Notes: generated by a model from the sequence alone, not told the origin. A DNA stretch of 34,878 nt from Thermodesulfobacteriota bacterium (GCA_965223335.1 CBDCWF010000001.1:1-34878); one strand, 5' to 3'; shown: positions 17,447 through 29,287, numbered from the stretch's first letter. Made by a program: numbers and translations.

Positions 17447-20400
17447 TCAGGATATCCCCTTACCCAGATAGCCCTTAAGTCTCTGGGGCAGGTCTCTCTT
17501 AAGTAAAAGCCTCCGCATCCCTGCAAGCTCCGCACTGTCTGTGTTTTCCAGCACCCGCGTCTTCCCCCTCTCCCTCACCGCAACCGGTACCCCGTCTTTG
17601 TATAACACGCGGTTTTTATAGTGAGAAGACAGCTTTTTACCGGGTGTGACTATGCCTATCAGGTTAAGCGGGTCCGCGGCACTTATCGAGACATATTTAT
17701 TTGCGTCCTTCTTCCTCCTAGCAGCGCGCAGGCCCGTAACTGCCTCGGGCAGGGCAAACTGCTCACCCGATACCCCGTCTACAAACCTGCCCCCTCTCAC
17801 CTCTCCCCTAAGCTCAAGCAGCCTAAACACCCTCACAAGCTCCCTCCACGGGGGCATTGAGCCCTCCCTGGTCAACAGCTTTCTAAACACCACCCCGTAG
17901 CGCCGCAAAAGCACCCTCGCAACACTCTCCAGGTCTTTCCTGTCTTCTTTTTCAGCCGTGCCGTTACCCCCTACAATAGACCATCTGCCCGCCCCCTCCA
18001 TATTAAACACAGTGGCTTTCCAGTTCTTCCTGCGCCCCACCCTCTTTGCATTGGTCTTGTACTTAGATTCCACCAAAAGCGCTCTCAGCCCGGCAAAACT
18101 GTCCGATGTAACCATGCCCGCCGCCACCAGCTCCGATATGGCGTCCTCGAGTTTCGATTTAAGCAGTCCCGTCTCTACGAGCAGGTTATCAAAAAACGTG
18201 GCCCCCGACTCTTTCAACCTCTCAAAAACTTCTAAAGCCGAGGTCGATAATTTTTCATTAATCTGCCCGCATCCACCTTTCCCCACAGTGTTCATATTCT
18301 CTCTTGTAACTATTGATATAGGCGTGGTTCTTATGGGCCCCGAAGCACTCTCACAGGGCGGATTTATACGCCACCACACCACTCCTCCCGACAAGCACAG
18401 CATATCTAGCCACATGAAATCATAGTTTTTTACCCTGGCCGGCAAAATATCCCCCTCCCAAGAGGCCGACTGAGCAGAGAACCCCTCCAGTTTGTGTATC
18501 ACCGCCCTAAGCGCCTCTACACCCTCGGGTTTTTGCTCCGAGTCCATCCCGTGCCAGGAAAACAAAAAGCACATATAGTCCGCTGCCGACACAGGCTCTA
18601 TCTCTTTTCTAAGTTTCCCGAGCGTATACTTGTGTATGCGGGCCAAAAGCCTCCGCTCGCACCACTCCTCGGTCTCTGCACTCGACGTAAAGCTCCCTCT
18701 AAATACAAACCCCTCGTTCTCAAGCGCCAAAAGGGCGGCCTCAGTCTCTCTTGCTTTTACCACTAAGTCGTCGGATAGCCTCTCTGCGGTGACAGGCCCA
18801 AGCGCTTCCAGTCTGCTTCTTACGACCTCGACCATTGCGGACTCTGTCGTTAGTTCTTCGTCCTTTAGCCTTTGGGGCAGTTTTATGAGAGGTGTTCTTA
18901 TTGCGTTTTTATGAATTTTTTCTATATGATGCAGCCTTTCTGCGGCTACCCAGATGTTATGGTTCTTTCCTATCGACACAACTGTGGCTCTTCTTTCCTC
19001 GCATAGATCTTGAAAGTACTCTATCCACCGAGTTCCTTCCTCCTCTGTTAAAAACCCACAGAGCACAAGCACATCGTGCAGCTCGTCCGCGTTCTCTGCT
19101 TCCGGCCACGCTTCCTCTCTTACGGCACGTATGGCCCCCTCGTCAAGCACCGACAGCTCCGAGGCCTCGGCAGGGTCAAGCCACCTCCGGTTCTGCACTG
19201 CATGTGTGCGCCTCTCCTCGAGAGGCGCATCGTCCAGAAATGCATAGGGCCTTGCGTTTAAAATCTGCGCCGATAGCGGCGAGGGCTCCCTTAAATCAAG
19301 CGCCTTAAGCTCATGCTTGCCCTCGTGTATACCCTCTAACAGCCCCTCTAGCTCCTCTATATCCATAGCTTCAGTGAGGCAGTCCTCCAAGGTCTGCCTC
19401 ACAAGCGGGTGGTCCGGAATCTCGCGGTCCCCAGCTATATTTTCCAAACATGCCAGCTGGTCAGGGAACACAAGCGCTATCAGATCCTCAGACTGTATTC
19501 GTTGTATGGCCGGGGGCACCTTACCGTTTCCCCTTCTCCTCGCCACTGCAAGCGCCCTTGTGGCGTTCCAGCGCCAGCGCACCTCAAACATAGGCACATC
19601 CAAAAGGGCCTGTGTCAAAATACCCCTCACCGTGTCGGGGTGCAGGTACATAAACACCTCGTCCAGCGGAAAACTATGCGTCGCCCCAAGCGACAGTATG
19701 ATCGAGTCCTCTGTGGCCGCCGCCTGCAGCTCAAAGTTAAACTTCCTGCAAAAACGCTTTCTTAGCGACAGACCCCACGCCCTGTTTAGCCTGCTTCCAA
19801 ACGGCGAGTGTATAACCAGGTGCATCGCCCCGGCTTCGTCAAAAAACCTCTCTATTACCAGGTTTTTCTGCGTCGGCACAACTCCCAAAGCCGCCTTCAC
19901 CATACCCAGGTAAAAAACTATTTGTTTAGCAGCTTCATGGGAAAGGCCAACCTCATCGGTAAGCCAACCAATCGCCAAGGCGCCCCTGTTTTCAAGGGCA
20001 TTTATGTCTATTTGCTTAAATTCATTCTCCGCAATCCTGTCAGAAACCTCCTCGCGGAGCCTAGACACTGCATACGAAAACTCCTTTGTCCTTCCCGGGG
20101 CCTCGCCGAACCAAAACGGTATTGTGGGCGGCTGTCCGTTTGCGTCCTCCACCCTCACCTTGCCCCCGATAACCCTTGCTATGCGCCACGAATGGTTGCC
20201 CAGCAAAAATATATCCCCAGGCACACTCTCTATGGCAAAATCCTCGTTCACGGTGCCTATAAACGTCCCCGTGGGCTCGAGCACCACCTCATAATCGAAA
20301 TTATCGGGAATAGCGCCACCCGAGAGCACCGCAGCGAGCCTGGCCCCCTTCCTAGCTCTAAGCTTTCCGTTGACCATATCGTGGTGAAGGTGCGCACCTC

Positions 20401-21808
20401 TGCGCCCTTTTCGCAATGAAAAGCCCTTGGATAACATATCTATTACTTCATCAAACTCCTTTCTCTCAAGATTTCTATATGGATACGCACCCTTTGCCAT
20501 ACTATAGAGCTCGTCTTCGTCATACTCCTCCATCGAGACCTCCGCTACCAGGTGCTGAGCCAGTATATCAAGGGGTTTCTCCGGTATTATCACCTCGTCG
20601 AGCTCCCCCCTTCTCACCGCGTCTAATAGCGACGCACACTCTATAAGCTCATCCAGGGTAAGCGGAAATATCTTCCCTTTCGGGGTCCCCCCAACGGTGT
20701 GACCCGACCTTCCTACCCTCTGGAGCAGCGTTGCAATAGACTTCGGCGAGCCTATCTGGCAGACGAGGTCTACTGCACCTATGTCTATTCCCAGCTCAAG
20801 CGATGCGGTAGCTATTATGGCCCTTAGCTCACCGGATTTAAGCCTCTGCTCAGCGCTTAAACGCATCTCCCTCGATATGCTCCCGTGGTGTGCGGCGAGT
20901 ATCTCTTCGGGTTTAAGGTCTCCTTCGCCTCTATTTTTAAGCCTTTCGGCCAGGTTATGCGTCATGCGCTCTGCAAGCCGGCGAGTATTTACAAATATCA
21001 GTGTTGTCGTGTGCTCATATATAAGGGTTTCTAGCCTTGCGTATATTTCGCTCCATACCTCGTTGGCCATTACCGCGGTAAGCGGCGACTCGGGCACCTC
21101 AACCGATAGCTCTATATCCCTCTTGTGACCGGTATCAACTATGCTGCAGGGCCCGCCCCCCGTAAGAAACCTGGCCACCGTTTCAATGGGCCTCTGTGTC
21201 GCGGAAAGCCCTACCCTCACCAGCTTTTTGCTCGCTAGCCGGGTGAGCCTCTCCATCGAGAGCGCCAGGTGTGACCCCCTCTTATCATCAACAACAGCGT
21301 GTATCTCATCCACTATTAGAGTTCGTACGCCCTTTAACATCTCTCTGCCCTTAAGGCTTGTAATAAGAAGGTAAAGAGACTCGGGGGTCGTAACCAGTAT
21401 GTGTGGCGGGTTTTTGGTCATGCTCACCCGTTTTTGAGGCGGGGTGTCCCCGGTGCGGACCTCAACGCGTATACCCACATCCGGGAGCCCTGCTTTTTTA
21501 AGCTCCTCTTTTATACCCTCGAGCGGAGCTTTCAGGTTTTTCTCAATATCGTTCGTAAGGGCTTTTAAGGGCGACACATACACGACACTCGTGCCCCCGT
21601 TAAGCTTTCCACAGAGCCCCCGACGCACTAGGTCGTCTATGACTGAGAAGAATGCCGCAAGGGTTTTACCCGATCCGGTAGGTGCGGCGATGAGTGTGTT
21701 TTTTTTCTTCTTTATTTCGGGCCAGGATTTCTCCTGCACCTCTGTGGGTTTGCCGAACTGGCCTTTAAACCATGAAACAAGCGCTGGGTGGAATTGTTTA
21801 AGCGCCAT
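17447..21808 (-). CDS. lhr: Full-length Lhr SF2 helicase with its C-terminal winged-helix extension
   Basis: [22 protein letters not shown] and QRVGRSGH; C-terminal [15 protein letters not shown] and AADPLN; 1453 aa. Confidence 0.95.
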   Translation of the reverse strand: MALKQFHPALVSWFKGQFGKPTEVQEKSWPEIKKKKNTLIAAPTGSGKTLAAFFSVIDDLVRRGLCGKLNGGTSVVYVSPLKALTNDIEKNLKAPLEGIKEELKKAGLPDVGIRVEVRTGDTPPQKRVSMTKNPPHILVTTPESLYLLITSLKGREMLKGVRTLIVDEIHAVVDDKRGSHLALSMERLTRLASKKLVRVGLSATQRPIETVARFLTGGGPCSIVDTGHKRDIELSVEVPESPLTAVMANEVWSEIYARLETLIYEHTTTLIFVNTRRLAERMTHNLAERLKNRGEGDLKPEEILAAHHGSISREMRLSAEQRLKSGELRAIIATASLELGIDIGAVDLVCQIGSPKSIATLLQRVGRSGHTVGGTPKGKIFPLTLDELIECASLLDAVRRGELDEVIIPEKPLDILAQHLVAEVSMEEYDEDELYSMAKGAYPYRNLERKEFDEVIDMLSKGFSLRKGRRGAHLHHDMVNGKLRARKGARLAAVLSGGAIPDNFDYEVVLEPTGTFIGTVNEDFAIESVPGDIFLLGNHSWRIARVIGGKVRVEDANGQPPTIPFWFGEAPGRTKEFSYAVSRLREEVSDRIAENEFKQIDINALENRGALAIGWLTDEVGLSHEAAKQIVFYLGMVKAALGVVPTQKNLVIERFFDEAGAMHLVIHSPFGSRLNRAWGLSLRKRFCRKFNFELQAAATEDSIILSLGATHSFPLDEVFMYLHPDTVRGILTQALLDVPMFEVRWRWNATRALAVARRRGNGKVPPAIQRIQSEDLIALVFPDQLACLENIAGDREIPDHPLVRQTLEDCLTEAMDIEELEGLLEGIHEGKHELKALDLREPSPLSAQILNARPYAFLDDAPLEERRTHAVQNRRWLDPAEASELSVLDEGAIRAVREEAWPEAENADELHDVLVLCGFLTEEEGTRWIEYFQDLCEERRATVVSIGKNHNIWVAAERLHHIEKIHKNAIRTPLIKLPQRLKDEELTTESAMVEVVRSRLEALGPVTAERLSDDLVVKARETEAALLALENEGFVFRGSFTSSAETEEWCERRLLARIHKYTLGKLRKEIEPVSAADYMCFLFSWHGMDSEQKPEGVEALRAVIHKLEGFSAQSASWEGDILPARVKNYDFMWLDMLCLSGGVVWWRINPPCESASGPIRTTPISIVTRENMNTVGKGGCGQINEKLSTSALEVFERLKESGATFFDNLLVETGLLKSKLEDAISELVAAGMVTSDSFAGLRALLVESKYKTNAKRVGRRKNWKATVFNMEGAGRWSIVGGNGTAEKEDRKDLESVARVLLRRYGVVFRKLLTREGSMPPWRELVRVFRLLELRGEVRGGRFVDGVSGEQFALPEAVTGLRAARRKKDANKYVSISAADPLNLIGIVTPGKKLSSHYKNRVLYKDGVPVAVRERGKTRVLENTDSAELAGMRRLLLKRDLPQRLKGYLGKGIS

Positions 21809-21872
21809 AGTTACTAAACAGTATAGATTTTAATCCCGCCAAATTAAACACGCATTTTTTTGCAGCATGCCC

Positions 21873-23720
21873 TTACGAAAGATGCAGTTTAAGTTCCTCC
21901 GCGATCTTTATGCTAAACCCCGGCACAGACGCAATCTCTTCTACAGATGCGTTCTTAAGCTTAGAGATGCTTCCAAAGTACCTCAAGAGCGTTGTTTTTC
22001 TCTTCTTGCCTATCCCCGGCACATAATCCAACTCCGAGCGCAATGCTTTTTTGCCTCTCAGCCTCTTATGATATGTGATTGCAAACCTATGCGCCTCGTC
22101 CCGTATACGCATCAGCAGATAGAGTTCCTCGGCAGTCTCGAGCGGGATGGGCGTGTTTTTCCCCTCCTCACCCCTGTGCACGTATATCTTGTCGGGTTTG
22201 TCTTCCCCGTACCCCTTTATACCCCTGCCCTTTGCAATAGAGGCAAGTGCTATCTCTTTTTCAAAGCCCAGTTCCGAAAGCACCCTATACGCCACGTTAA
22301 GCTGCCCCCTGCCCCCGTCGATCAGTACCAGGTCGGGCGGATCCCAGTTTTCCTCCCCTACCCTCTGGAGCCTCCTGGACAACACCTCGTACATCATTGC
22401 ATAATCGTTTGAGCCTTTGATTGTCTTTATTTTATAGCGCCTGTAACGGCTCTTGTCCGGCTTCCCGTCTACGAACCTCACCGCCGAGGCCACAGCCTGG
22501 GTGCCCTGCGTGTTGGATATATCAAAACATTCTACGGTTTTAGGCATCTTCTTTAGTTTAAGTGCCTTGCGTATAGCGCCAAGCTGCTTCTCATCGGCAC
22601 TGCGTTCGGCGTATTTTCTCCTAAAACTCTCTTCCGCATTATCCCTTGCCAGGCCCGCCAGCTTTAGCTTTTTCCCCCTGGTAGGCATCGTCACCGCTAT
22701 CTTTTTACCCCTTTTCTCGGACAACCACTGCCGAAAAACGCCCTTGCCGTCAAAATCAAACGGTACCACTATCTCATTCGGTATAAATCTGTCCCCACCC
22801 CCGGCGTAAAACTGCGATACAAACTCACCCATAATCTCGCGGTCACTGCCTACGGTTTTTAAAAAGGAATAGTCGGCCCTCTCTATAATCGTCCCTCCCC
22901 TGTGAAACAAAACCGCAAACTCAACCGACTCTGCCTCTCTATAAAAACCAAATATATCCATATCGTTTGCCCCGGGTGTTATAAACATCTGGTTGTCCAG
23001 GTTCCGCTCAAGCAGTGCTATCTGGTCCCTATAATGTGCGGCGTCCTCATACCTGGTTTCTTCCGAGGCCCTATGCATATTGTCTTTTAAGAGTTTTATA
23101 ATCCCTGTCTTCTCGCCGCGCAGAAACATCCTTGTTTGCTGTACCACCTCACCGTATTTCTCTTCGTCTACTTTGCCTGCACACGGCCCCAAACAAAGCC
23201 CCATGTTGTAATTAAGGCAGGGTCTTGAGCTGTGCCGCCTAAACTTAGCCTCTGTACAATCCCTAAGTGGAAACACTTTGTGCATTAGCCTTTTCGCTTT
23301 TCTAAGCGCATCTGCCGAGGCAAACGGCCCGTAATAAAGTGCCCCGTCCTTCACAACCTTTCTTGTGTATCTGAGCTTTGGGAATGTTTCTTTAGGGTCA
23401 AGTCTCAGAGATAAGTAGTTTTTATCGTCCTTTAGTCTTATGTTGTATCTGGGCTTCTGCTGTTTTATTAGCGAGTTCTCGAGCAATAGCGCCTCACGCT
23501 CGTCGTTGGTCACCACATAATCAAGGTCCGATACCTCTCTCATTAGATAACCTACGTGCGGGCGCTGTATGCTCTCCGACTCCCCGAAATAAGAGCGCAG
23601 CCTGCTCCTCAGGTTGTTCGCCTTCCCTATATATACGGACCTTCCCCTCTTGTTCTTCAGTATGTAAACACCCGTGGTTTCAGGTGCATCTTCTACCGCT
23701 TCCCTTAATTTATCGCTCAT
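21873..23720 (-). CDS. uvrC: Excinuclease ABC subunit C (intact)
   Basis: GIY-YIG domain (GVY...YIGKA), Cys cluster, UVR domain, RNase H-like ECFDIS/LIDGG/RDEAHRFA, and HhH motifs. Confidence 0.98.
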   Translation of the reverse strand: MSDKLREAVEDAPETTGVYILKNKRGRSVYIGKANNLRSRLRSYFGESESIQRPHVGYLMREVSDLDYVVTNDEREALLLENSLIKQQKPRYNIRLKDDKNYLSLRLDPKETFPKLRYTRKVVKDGALYYGPFASADALRKAKRLMHKVFPLRDCTEAKFRRHSSRPCLNYNMGLCLGPCAGKVDEEKYGEVVQQTRMFLRGEKTGIIKLLKDNMHRASEETRYEDAAHYRDQIALLERNLDNQMFITPGANDMDIFGFYREAESVEFAVLFHRGGTIIERADYSFLKTVGSDREIMGEFVSQFYAGGGDRFIPNEIVVPFDFDGKGVFRQWLSEKRGKKIAVTMPTRGKKLKLAGLARDNAEESFRRKYAERSADEKQLGAIRKALKLKKMPKTVECFDISNTQGTQAVASAVRFVDGKPDKSRYRRYKIKTIKGSNDYAMMYEVLSRRLQRVGEENWDPPDLVLIDGGRGQLNVAYRVLSELGFEKEIALASIAKGRGIKGYGEDKPDKIYVHRGEEGKNTPIPLETAEELYLLMRIRDEAHRFAITYHKRLRGKKALRSELDYVPGIGKKRKTTLLRYFGSISKLKNASVEEIASVPGFSIKIAEELKLHLS

Positions 23721-24011
23721 CTACTTATAACCATTGCCTATTATCGATGACTCAAAGACATATGAAAGTATAAAAGTACAGGCCTCTTACGCAACACTAT
23801 AGAAAACAGCCTTGCCCCACACCCTCTTACTGCTAAGGGTTCTCACCGTTGGGGTTAAGCTGTTTATTATATTGCTGCAACACATAACTCTCTCAAATAA
23901 CTGTGTTATTTCTACTTATAAAGTCCTATTTAAGAAATAATGTCTTTTTCTGAATCTTTTATAGTTGCAATTGCAACTAATTATGCAAATACAATAAGGA
24001 GGTAGAAGAAA

Positions 24012-24284
24012 ATGAAAAAGTTTCTTCTTATTTCAGCTTTAGCAATCGGTCTTGGTAGTCCCGCTATCTCAAATGCGGCGGTTAGTGCTTTCGGTGTGAA
24101 TATACCGGTCGCACAAAACGAGGTTTCCGACAATATTCGCGGTGGTTATGTGGCAAAGGATCTTGGCGATACATTTCAGGTCCAGAGACTAAGCTCAAGC
24201 AGCGAATCTCTTTCCGGCGACAATGAAGACGGAAACTCGTACTATGTATTCGGTGTAAGGATAGGCTCAGATGACCTTATCTAA
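24012..24284 (+). CDS. Small secreted hypothetical protein (copy 2)
   Basis: Identical to 1195-1467. Confidence 0.85.
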   Translation: MKKFLLISALAIGLGSPAISNAAVSAFGVNIPVAQNEVSDNIRGGYVAKDLGDTFQVQRLSSSSESLSGDNEDGNSYYVFGVRIGSDDLI

Positions 24285-24658
24285 ATGTATAAGGCTATGG
24301 ATTCCAACCCGGTAGTGTATTGTGAAATTTTCTAACACATCCTACACTGCCGGGTATTTTTTAAAACGAAAAATACCAGCACCAATCTCTATTCTGTAGA
24401 ACTGCTGAACATAACCCACTCGGCTAGTAGTCACCTGTTATCATATGTAAGGCTGACATTAAAAACCAAGCTAATACATATAGTGGAGAAGGGTCTTGAG
24501 TTAAAATGTGCCGACATGTTAGTAAAACACACTCACAAGTATGATTCTAGCTTTAAATTTTCACCCCGTAGGGCTGACACAACCCTGCCCTTAGTCGAAC
24601 CACGTAAATAACCATATACAAATAAAACGCAACACCGCTCTATAAGATGTAAATTATG

Positions 24659-25396
24659 CTACTTCTTCTTAGGTGTACTTTTTTTGCTTTTTACCGTACC
24701 ACTTACCGCGATAGCTACCGCGGTAGTTTCGTCCGATACCTTTTTTAATACAGGGTCTATTACTACACCTTCTTTCTCTCTCTCTGTTTTTATCTCTTTT
24801 GGGGTATAAATTCTAAACTTCCGGCCATACACTCCCAGCGACGGCTCCAATACCTTAATATTTAACTTCTCAATCAGTCCATGTACCGCAACCCTCACAG
24901 TTTTGTCAGATAGCCCACTTCCAGCCTTTAGCTCTTTTAGCCCAAACCTCATGTCCTTTGTCTTTGTTTTTTTGTATCTCTCATACATATACTCATAGAC
25001 CCTATACTCCGATCTTGTCAGCACCAGATCCTCAATTTCAACAACCGACTTTTCCCTTTTTCTTTTTCCAGGTTCCTTTTTCTCCCCACCTTTATTTACC
25101 GCGGTAGTTACCGCAGTATCTACCGCACTACTTACCGCATTACCTACCGCGGTAGTTACCGCGGTAATATTTTTCCCCTCTTTTTTGCCTTTTTTCTTCT
25201 CCGGTTTTTCTTCTGTGAGCTTACGGTCTTCCCTAAAGGTCTCGAAGTACTTGCTTGCTACTTTGTGCGCCCCTATGGGGTTAGAGCGCTCCTTCATATA
25301 ATCAAGCATATCGCTTAAACGCTTGCCACCGGGGCGTTTAGCGCTACTACGAGCTTCTGTAGATGTATTGTCTTCCTTCGTTTTTTTCTTGCTCAT
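24659..25396 (-). CDS. ParA-associated wHTH protein (copy 2)
   Basis: Identical to 1842-2579. Confidence 0.7.
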   Translation of the reverse strand: MSKKKTKEDNTSTEARSSAKRPGGKRLSDMLDYMKERSNPIGAHKVASKYFETFREDRKLTEEKPEKKKGKKEGKNITAVTTAVGNAVSSAVDTAVTTAVNKGGEKKEPGKRKREKSVVEIEDLVLTRSEYRVYEYMYERYKKTKTKDMRFGLKELKAGSGLSDKTVRVAVHGLIEKLNIKVLEPSLGVYGRKFRIYTPKEIKTEREKEGVVIDPVLKKVSDETTAVAIAVSGTVKSKKSTPKKK

Positions 25397-26156
25397 ATAT
25401 CTTTACAACCTCCCTAGCCAGTCTCCTGTAGTCCATAGCACCCGGGCTCATGGGGTCATAATCCAATATATGTTTTCCGTATCCGCTTGCCTCTTTAAGC
25501 TTTACATTTGCGTGAATCGGCGGGAGTGTATTGGGTCCAAATTTTTCGTTTATAGCGTCCAAAATCGTACTACTCATAGTCGTAAGTTTATCGTGCATTG
25601 TAGGTAGCCCATAGGGCACAATCGGGTAGTCCGGACGAGACGAGTAAACCTCATACAACGTCTCGTCGATCATTTTCACTGCATCAAACGCGAGGGGCTG
25701 CGTCTGAATAGCAACTATCACGTCATCCGCGGCAAATAGCGCGTTTATGGAAAGCGTCGCAAGGGAAGGGGGGCAGTCAATCAAAACAAAATCCAGTTTT
25801 TTCCGTAGCTTCTTAAGCGACTTCCTAAGCTTATGGTCCTTCTCTATAAGCGCCGACATAGTTAAATCGGCCCTGCTCATCGACAGGTTGGCGGGTATCA
25901 CATAAAGCCCGTGAGTGGGATGGTCCACAACCACTCCGTTAATATCCACCTTGTTCCCCGTATCCGTTAGCACATCGTTTATCGTTAGCTCAAAACTGTT
26001 GGGATTAAAGCCCAGATGGGATGTAGCGTTTCCCTGCGGATCTATGTCCACAATCAAAACCTCGCAACCCTTCTCCGCAAGGCACGCTGCTAAGTTGACG
26101 GCGGTCGTCGTTTTGCCGACCCCACCCTTATGGTTTGTTACCGTTACTACCTTCAA
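25347..26156 (-). CDS. parA: ParA/Soj ATPase (copy 2)
   Basis: Identical to 2530-3339. Confidence 0.95.
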   Translation of the reverse strand: MKVVTVTNHKGGVGKTTTAVNLAACLAEKGCEVLIVDIDPQGNATSHLGFNPNSFELTINDVLTDTGNKVDINGVVVDHPTHGLYVIPANLSMSRADLTMSALIEKDHKLRKSLKKLRKKLDFVLIDCPPSLATLSINALFAADDVIVAIQTQPLAFDAVKMIDETLYEVYSSRPDYPIVPYGLPTMHDKLTTMSSTILDAINEKFGPNTLPPIHANVKLKEASGYGKHILDYDPMSPGAMDYRRLAREVVKIYEQEKNEGRQYIYRSS

Positions 26157-26507
26157 ATAAGGTCCTTCTTCCTGTTCCCTTCTACTATACTAACAATTTT
26201 TCGAGCCAATCACAAATCCCCAAACACCACGCTCGTTGCTACAAATCCAGCAGCTCTTATCGGGTAATTTATGGTACTTAAACCAGCCATTTCACAATGG
26301 CAATTGATTTACGTTTGTAATAATAATATAATGGAATTCAGCGGGTGATTCACGACATAAAAAAGCCGCCGATGACAAGCTAGAAGCTAAAATCAACGGC
26401 GGCAACCGGAAGGTGGAACTATCTAATCATAACCTTTTCCTCCTTCTATTGTCAAGCTTTTTAATACCCTGACAGGCAAGTCGGCCCCGTTATGTTTTGG
26501 TGAGAAA

Positions 26508-27470
26508 ATGCCTACAAAAAAACAGGACAAAACCAAGATATTTCAAATATGGGGAGAGGTCCTCGATGAGGGTTTCACAAGTGTACCAAATCTACTCCTA
26601 AAGTACCGTTCCAATATAGGGCTAAAACCCAAACACATCATGCTTATTATCGACATTATGTCCTTTAAATGGGACTCGGAAAACCCATACCCAAGCTACT
26701 TCACACTGGCCAAGAGGGCAGGCGTTGAGGAGCGCAGTGTAAAGCGTATCACGCAGGACTTAGAGGAGTTTGGTCTTCTCATTAAAACCCCACGGTTTGA
26801 CGAAGAAACAGGTGCTCAGGTAACCACTGTTTTTGACTTTCGCCCCCTAGTACAAAGCCTCGTACAACAGGTACAAACCGAACAGGATGATCACTCAAAA
26901 AACACTGTACAATTCGACAAAATAAACCCTAAACCCACCAGAAGAAAAAACAGCGAAAAAGGGGTGACAAAAACGTCAAGGGGGAGGGTGACAAAAATGT
27001 CACCCGGGGGGGTGACCGAAATGTCACCGGAGGGGGTGACAAAAACGTCACCCAAAGAAGACACATATAGTAAGAAGATAAATATATATAAACTAACCCC
27101 TGTAGTTAACCGTACTAACGGTAGTAAGAAAAAGGTTTCGAATAATACAAAAACAAGGGTTAGTAAACACCTAAGAAGTGCTATTTTTAGAAACAGAATA
27201 TTCGAAATCTACGACAACCTAAGAGAGATAAAATCACTAGACAAACTGGTCGAAGAAGCTGCAGAAAAAGCCTGTAAAGAGATCCTTATAAACAGGGCAG
27301 GGGATCTCGGCAATATAAACACAAAATCCACCTCGGACTCGGTCGTAAAATCGGTTAAGAAAAACTTCCCATACAACAAACTCCCAGCCGACCAAGACAA
27401 AGCACGTAGGGTTTTCACTGCAGAGCTATGTAACCTCGTAGCCGAGGAAATGTCAGCACTCATAAAATAA
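26508..27470 (+). CDS. Putative replication initiator (copy 2)
   Basis: Identical to 3691-4653. Confidence 0.8.
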   Translation: MPTKKQDKTKIFQIWGEVLDEGFTSVPNLLLKYRSNIGLKPKHIMLIIDIMSFKWDSENPYPSYFTLAKRAGVEERSVKRITQDLEEFGLLIKTPRFDEETGAQVTTVFDFRPLVQSLVQQVQTEQDDHSKNTVQFDKINPKPTRRKNSEKGVTKTSRGRVTKMSPGGVTEMSPEGVTKTSPKEDTYSKKINIYKLTPVVNRTNGSKKKVSNNTKTRVSKHLRSAIFRNRIFEIYDNLREIKSLDKLVEEAAEKACKEILINRAGDLGNINTKSTSDSVVKSVKKNFPYNKLPADQDKARRVFTAELCNLVAEEMSALIK

Positions 27471-27616
27471 AAAGCATATATTTCACACACAAATCATCTG
27501 ATTGTATCGACAGGTAATTTCAAACAGTGCGGTTTAAGCTGTAAATTATTGACTTTTGTCTATGCCAAATTAATATAGTTTGCCACGATAAATTAAATTC
27601 AGGGGGTAGTAACAAC

Positions 27617-28828
27617 ATGGCCAGCAGGATTCCAAGAATAGAAGAGGCCCGAGAAACTCTTAAAAAAAATAAAATAGTTATTGCGGGAGTTGGGGAAACC
27701 GAACAGGGCAAGATCCCGGACAAAAGCTCTTTTCATTTCCTCTCCGAGGCTTCAAAGCTTGCCATCAAGGATGCGGGGATTGATAAGTCCGACGTAGATG
27801 GTCTAGTAACAGCATTTTCTTTGGTTGAACACACATTTATGCACTGCACTACTTTCGCTGATTATTTCGGACTTAACCCCAGGTTTTTTTCTTCAGTTGC
27901 AGTAGGCGGCGCCACAGCGGTATGGATGGCTGCAGAAGCCGCGATGGCAATTGCTGCCGGACAAGCCGAGGTTGTGCTCTGTGTTAGGGGTGACAACACA
28001 CTCTCCGGGATATCCTCCTCCGGGATGGTAGCCCTTATCCGTGAGATGTGCCACGCCGAGTTCGAGTACCCATACGGGCTCACCACACCCGGCGGATACG
28101 CGCTTGCTGCGCAGAGGTACCTACACGAGTACAACGCAACGGAAGAGCACCTGGCCTCAGTTGCGGTCACAATGCGCAAACACGCCGCTCTAAAAGAAAA
28201 CGCAATGAACAAAGACCCCCTCACGATAGACGACGTTGTGAACTCTCGCGTTATAGCAAAGCCGCTCCACAAGTATGACTGCTCTATCATTTCCGACGGC
28301 GGTGCCGCGTTTATCGTTACCACCGAGGAAAAAGCAAAAGCGCTCGGCATTGAGAACCCCCTTGCATACCTCTGGGGAATGGGACAGGGTTACTCTCACC
28401 AGTACCTAACCACACTAAAGGACCTGGACCAGATCTATAACGCCATAGACCGCTCGGGCCAAAAAGCCTTCCAGACCGCAGGCATAGGCCCCGACGATGT
28501 AGACGTTGCATTTCTATACGACTGCTTTACTATCACAGTGCTCCTTGAGCTCGAGGGGCTCGGGCTGGTTCCCAAAGGTGAGGGCGGAGCGTTTTCACTC
28601 GAGGGAAGAATGGAGATAGGCAAGGACCTTCCGGTAAACACACACGGCGGGCTTCTCTCGCAGGCGCACCTGGGTGCCATGCACCATGTCATTGAGGCTA
28701 CACTTCAGCTAAGGGGTGCCGCCGGACAAAGGCAGGTCGACGATGCCAACATAGCGCTTGTGCACGGTAACGGCGGTATAGTCTCTGCCCACAGCACCAT
28801 CGTGCTTGGCAAAGAGCCACTTTCATAG
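27617..28828 (+). CDS. Cys-less thiolase-like protein (copy 2)
   Basis: Identical to 4800-6011. Confidence 0.85.
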   Translation: MASRIPRIEEARETLKKNKIVIAGVGETEQGKIPDKSSFHFLSEASKLAIKDAGIDKSDVDGLVTAFSLVEHTFMHCTTFADYFGLNPRFFSSVAVGGATAVWMAAEAAMAIAAGQAEVVLCVRGDNTLSGISSSGMVALIREMCHAEFEYPYGLTTPGGYALAAQRYLHEYNATEEHLASVAVTMRKHAALKENAMNKDPLTIDDVVNSRVIAKPLHKYDCSIISDGGAAFIVTTEEKAKALGIENPLAYLWGMGQGYSHQYLTTLKDLDQIYNAIDRSGQKAFQTAGIGPDDVDVAFLYDCFTITVLLELEGLGLVPKGEGGAFSLEGRMEIGKDLPVNTHGGLLSQAHLGAMHHVIEATLQLRGAAGQRQVDDANIALVHGNGGIVSAHSTIVLGKEPLS

Positions 28829-28864
28829 TTTTTTCATAACAAGAGAAAAAAGGAGAATTTAAAA

Positions 28865-29287
28865 ATGTCAGACGATAAAGGATACACAAAACCGCTTCCC
28901 GAGTTTAGGCCCGAGACCAAACCGTACTGGGACGGCTGCAAGGACCACAAACTCCTACTTCCCAGGTCAAAAGAGACCGGAGAGTTCTTTTTCTACCCCC
29001 GCGCTATATCCCCAGGCAACGATATGTCGGATGATATCGAGTGGGTCGAGGCAAGCGGCAAGGCCAAGGTGTGGACCTACGCAATCCACTATATGGGCCC
29101 CACAAAGGCCTATAAGGGCGATCCTCCCTATGTTGTAGCGTTGGTAGAAACAGAGGAAGGTGTCAAGATGATGACCAACATAGTGGACTGTGATCCGGAC
29201 GACGTGGATGTCGGCATGGAAGTTGAGGTAGTGTTTGATGACGTTACGGATGAGGTAACACTGCCCAAGTTTAAACCCGCGGGCTAA
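28865..29287 (+). CDS. DUF35 OB-fold protein (copy 2)
   Basis: Identical to 6048-6470. Confidence 0.9.
   Translation: MSDDKGYTKPLPEFRPETKPYWDGCKDHKLLLPRSKETGEFFFYPRAISPGNDMSDDIEWVEASGKAKVWTYAIHYMGPTKAYKGDPPYVVALVETEEGVKMMTNIVDCDPDDVDVGMEVEVVFDDVTDEVTLPKFKPAG

Noticed and set aside
17621..23090. Many + strand ORFs opposite lhr and uvrC, and similar shadow ORFs elsewhere
   Set aside because: They are antisense or alternate-frame shadows of well-supported genes, with no motifs or RBS.
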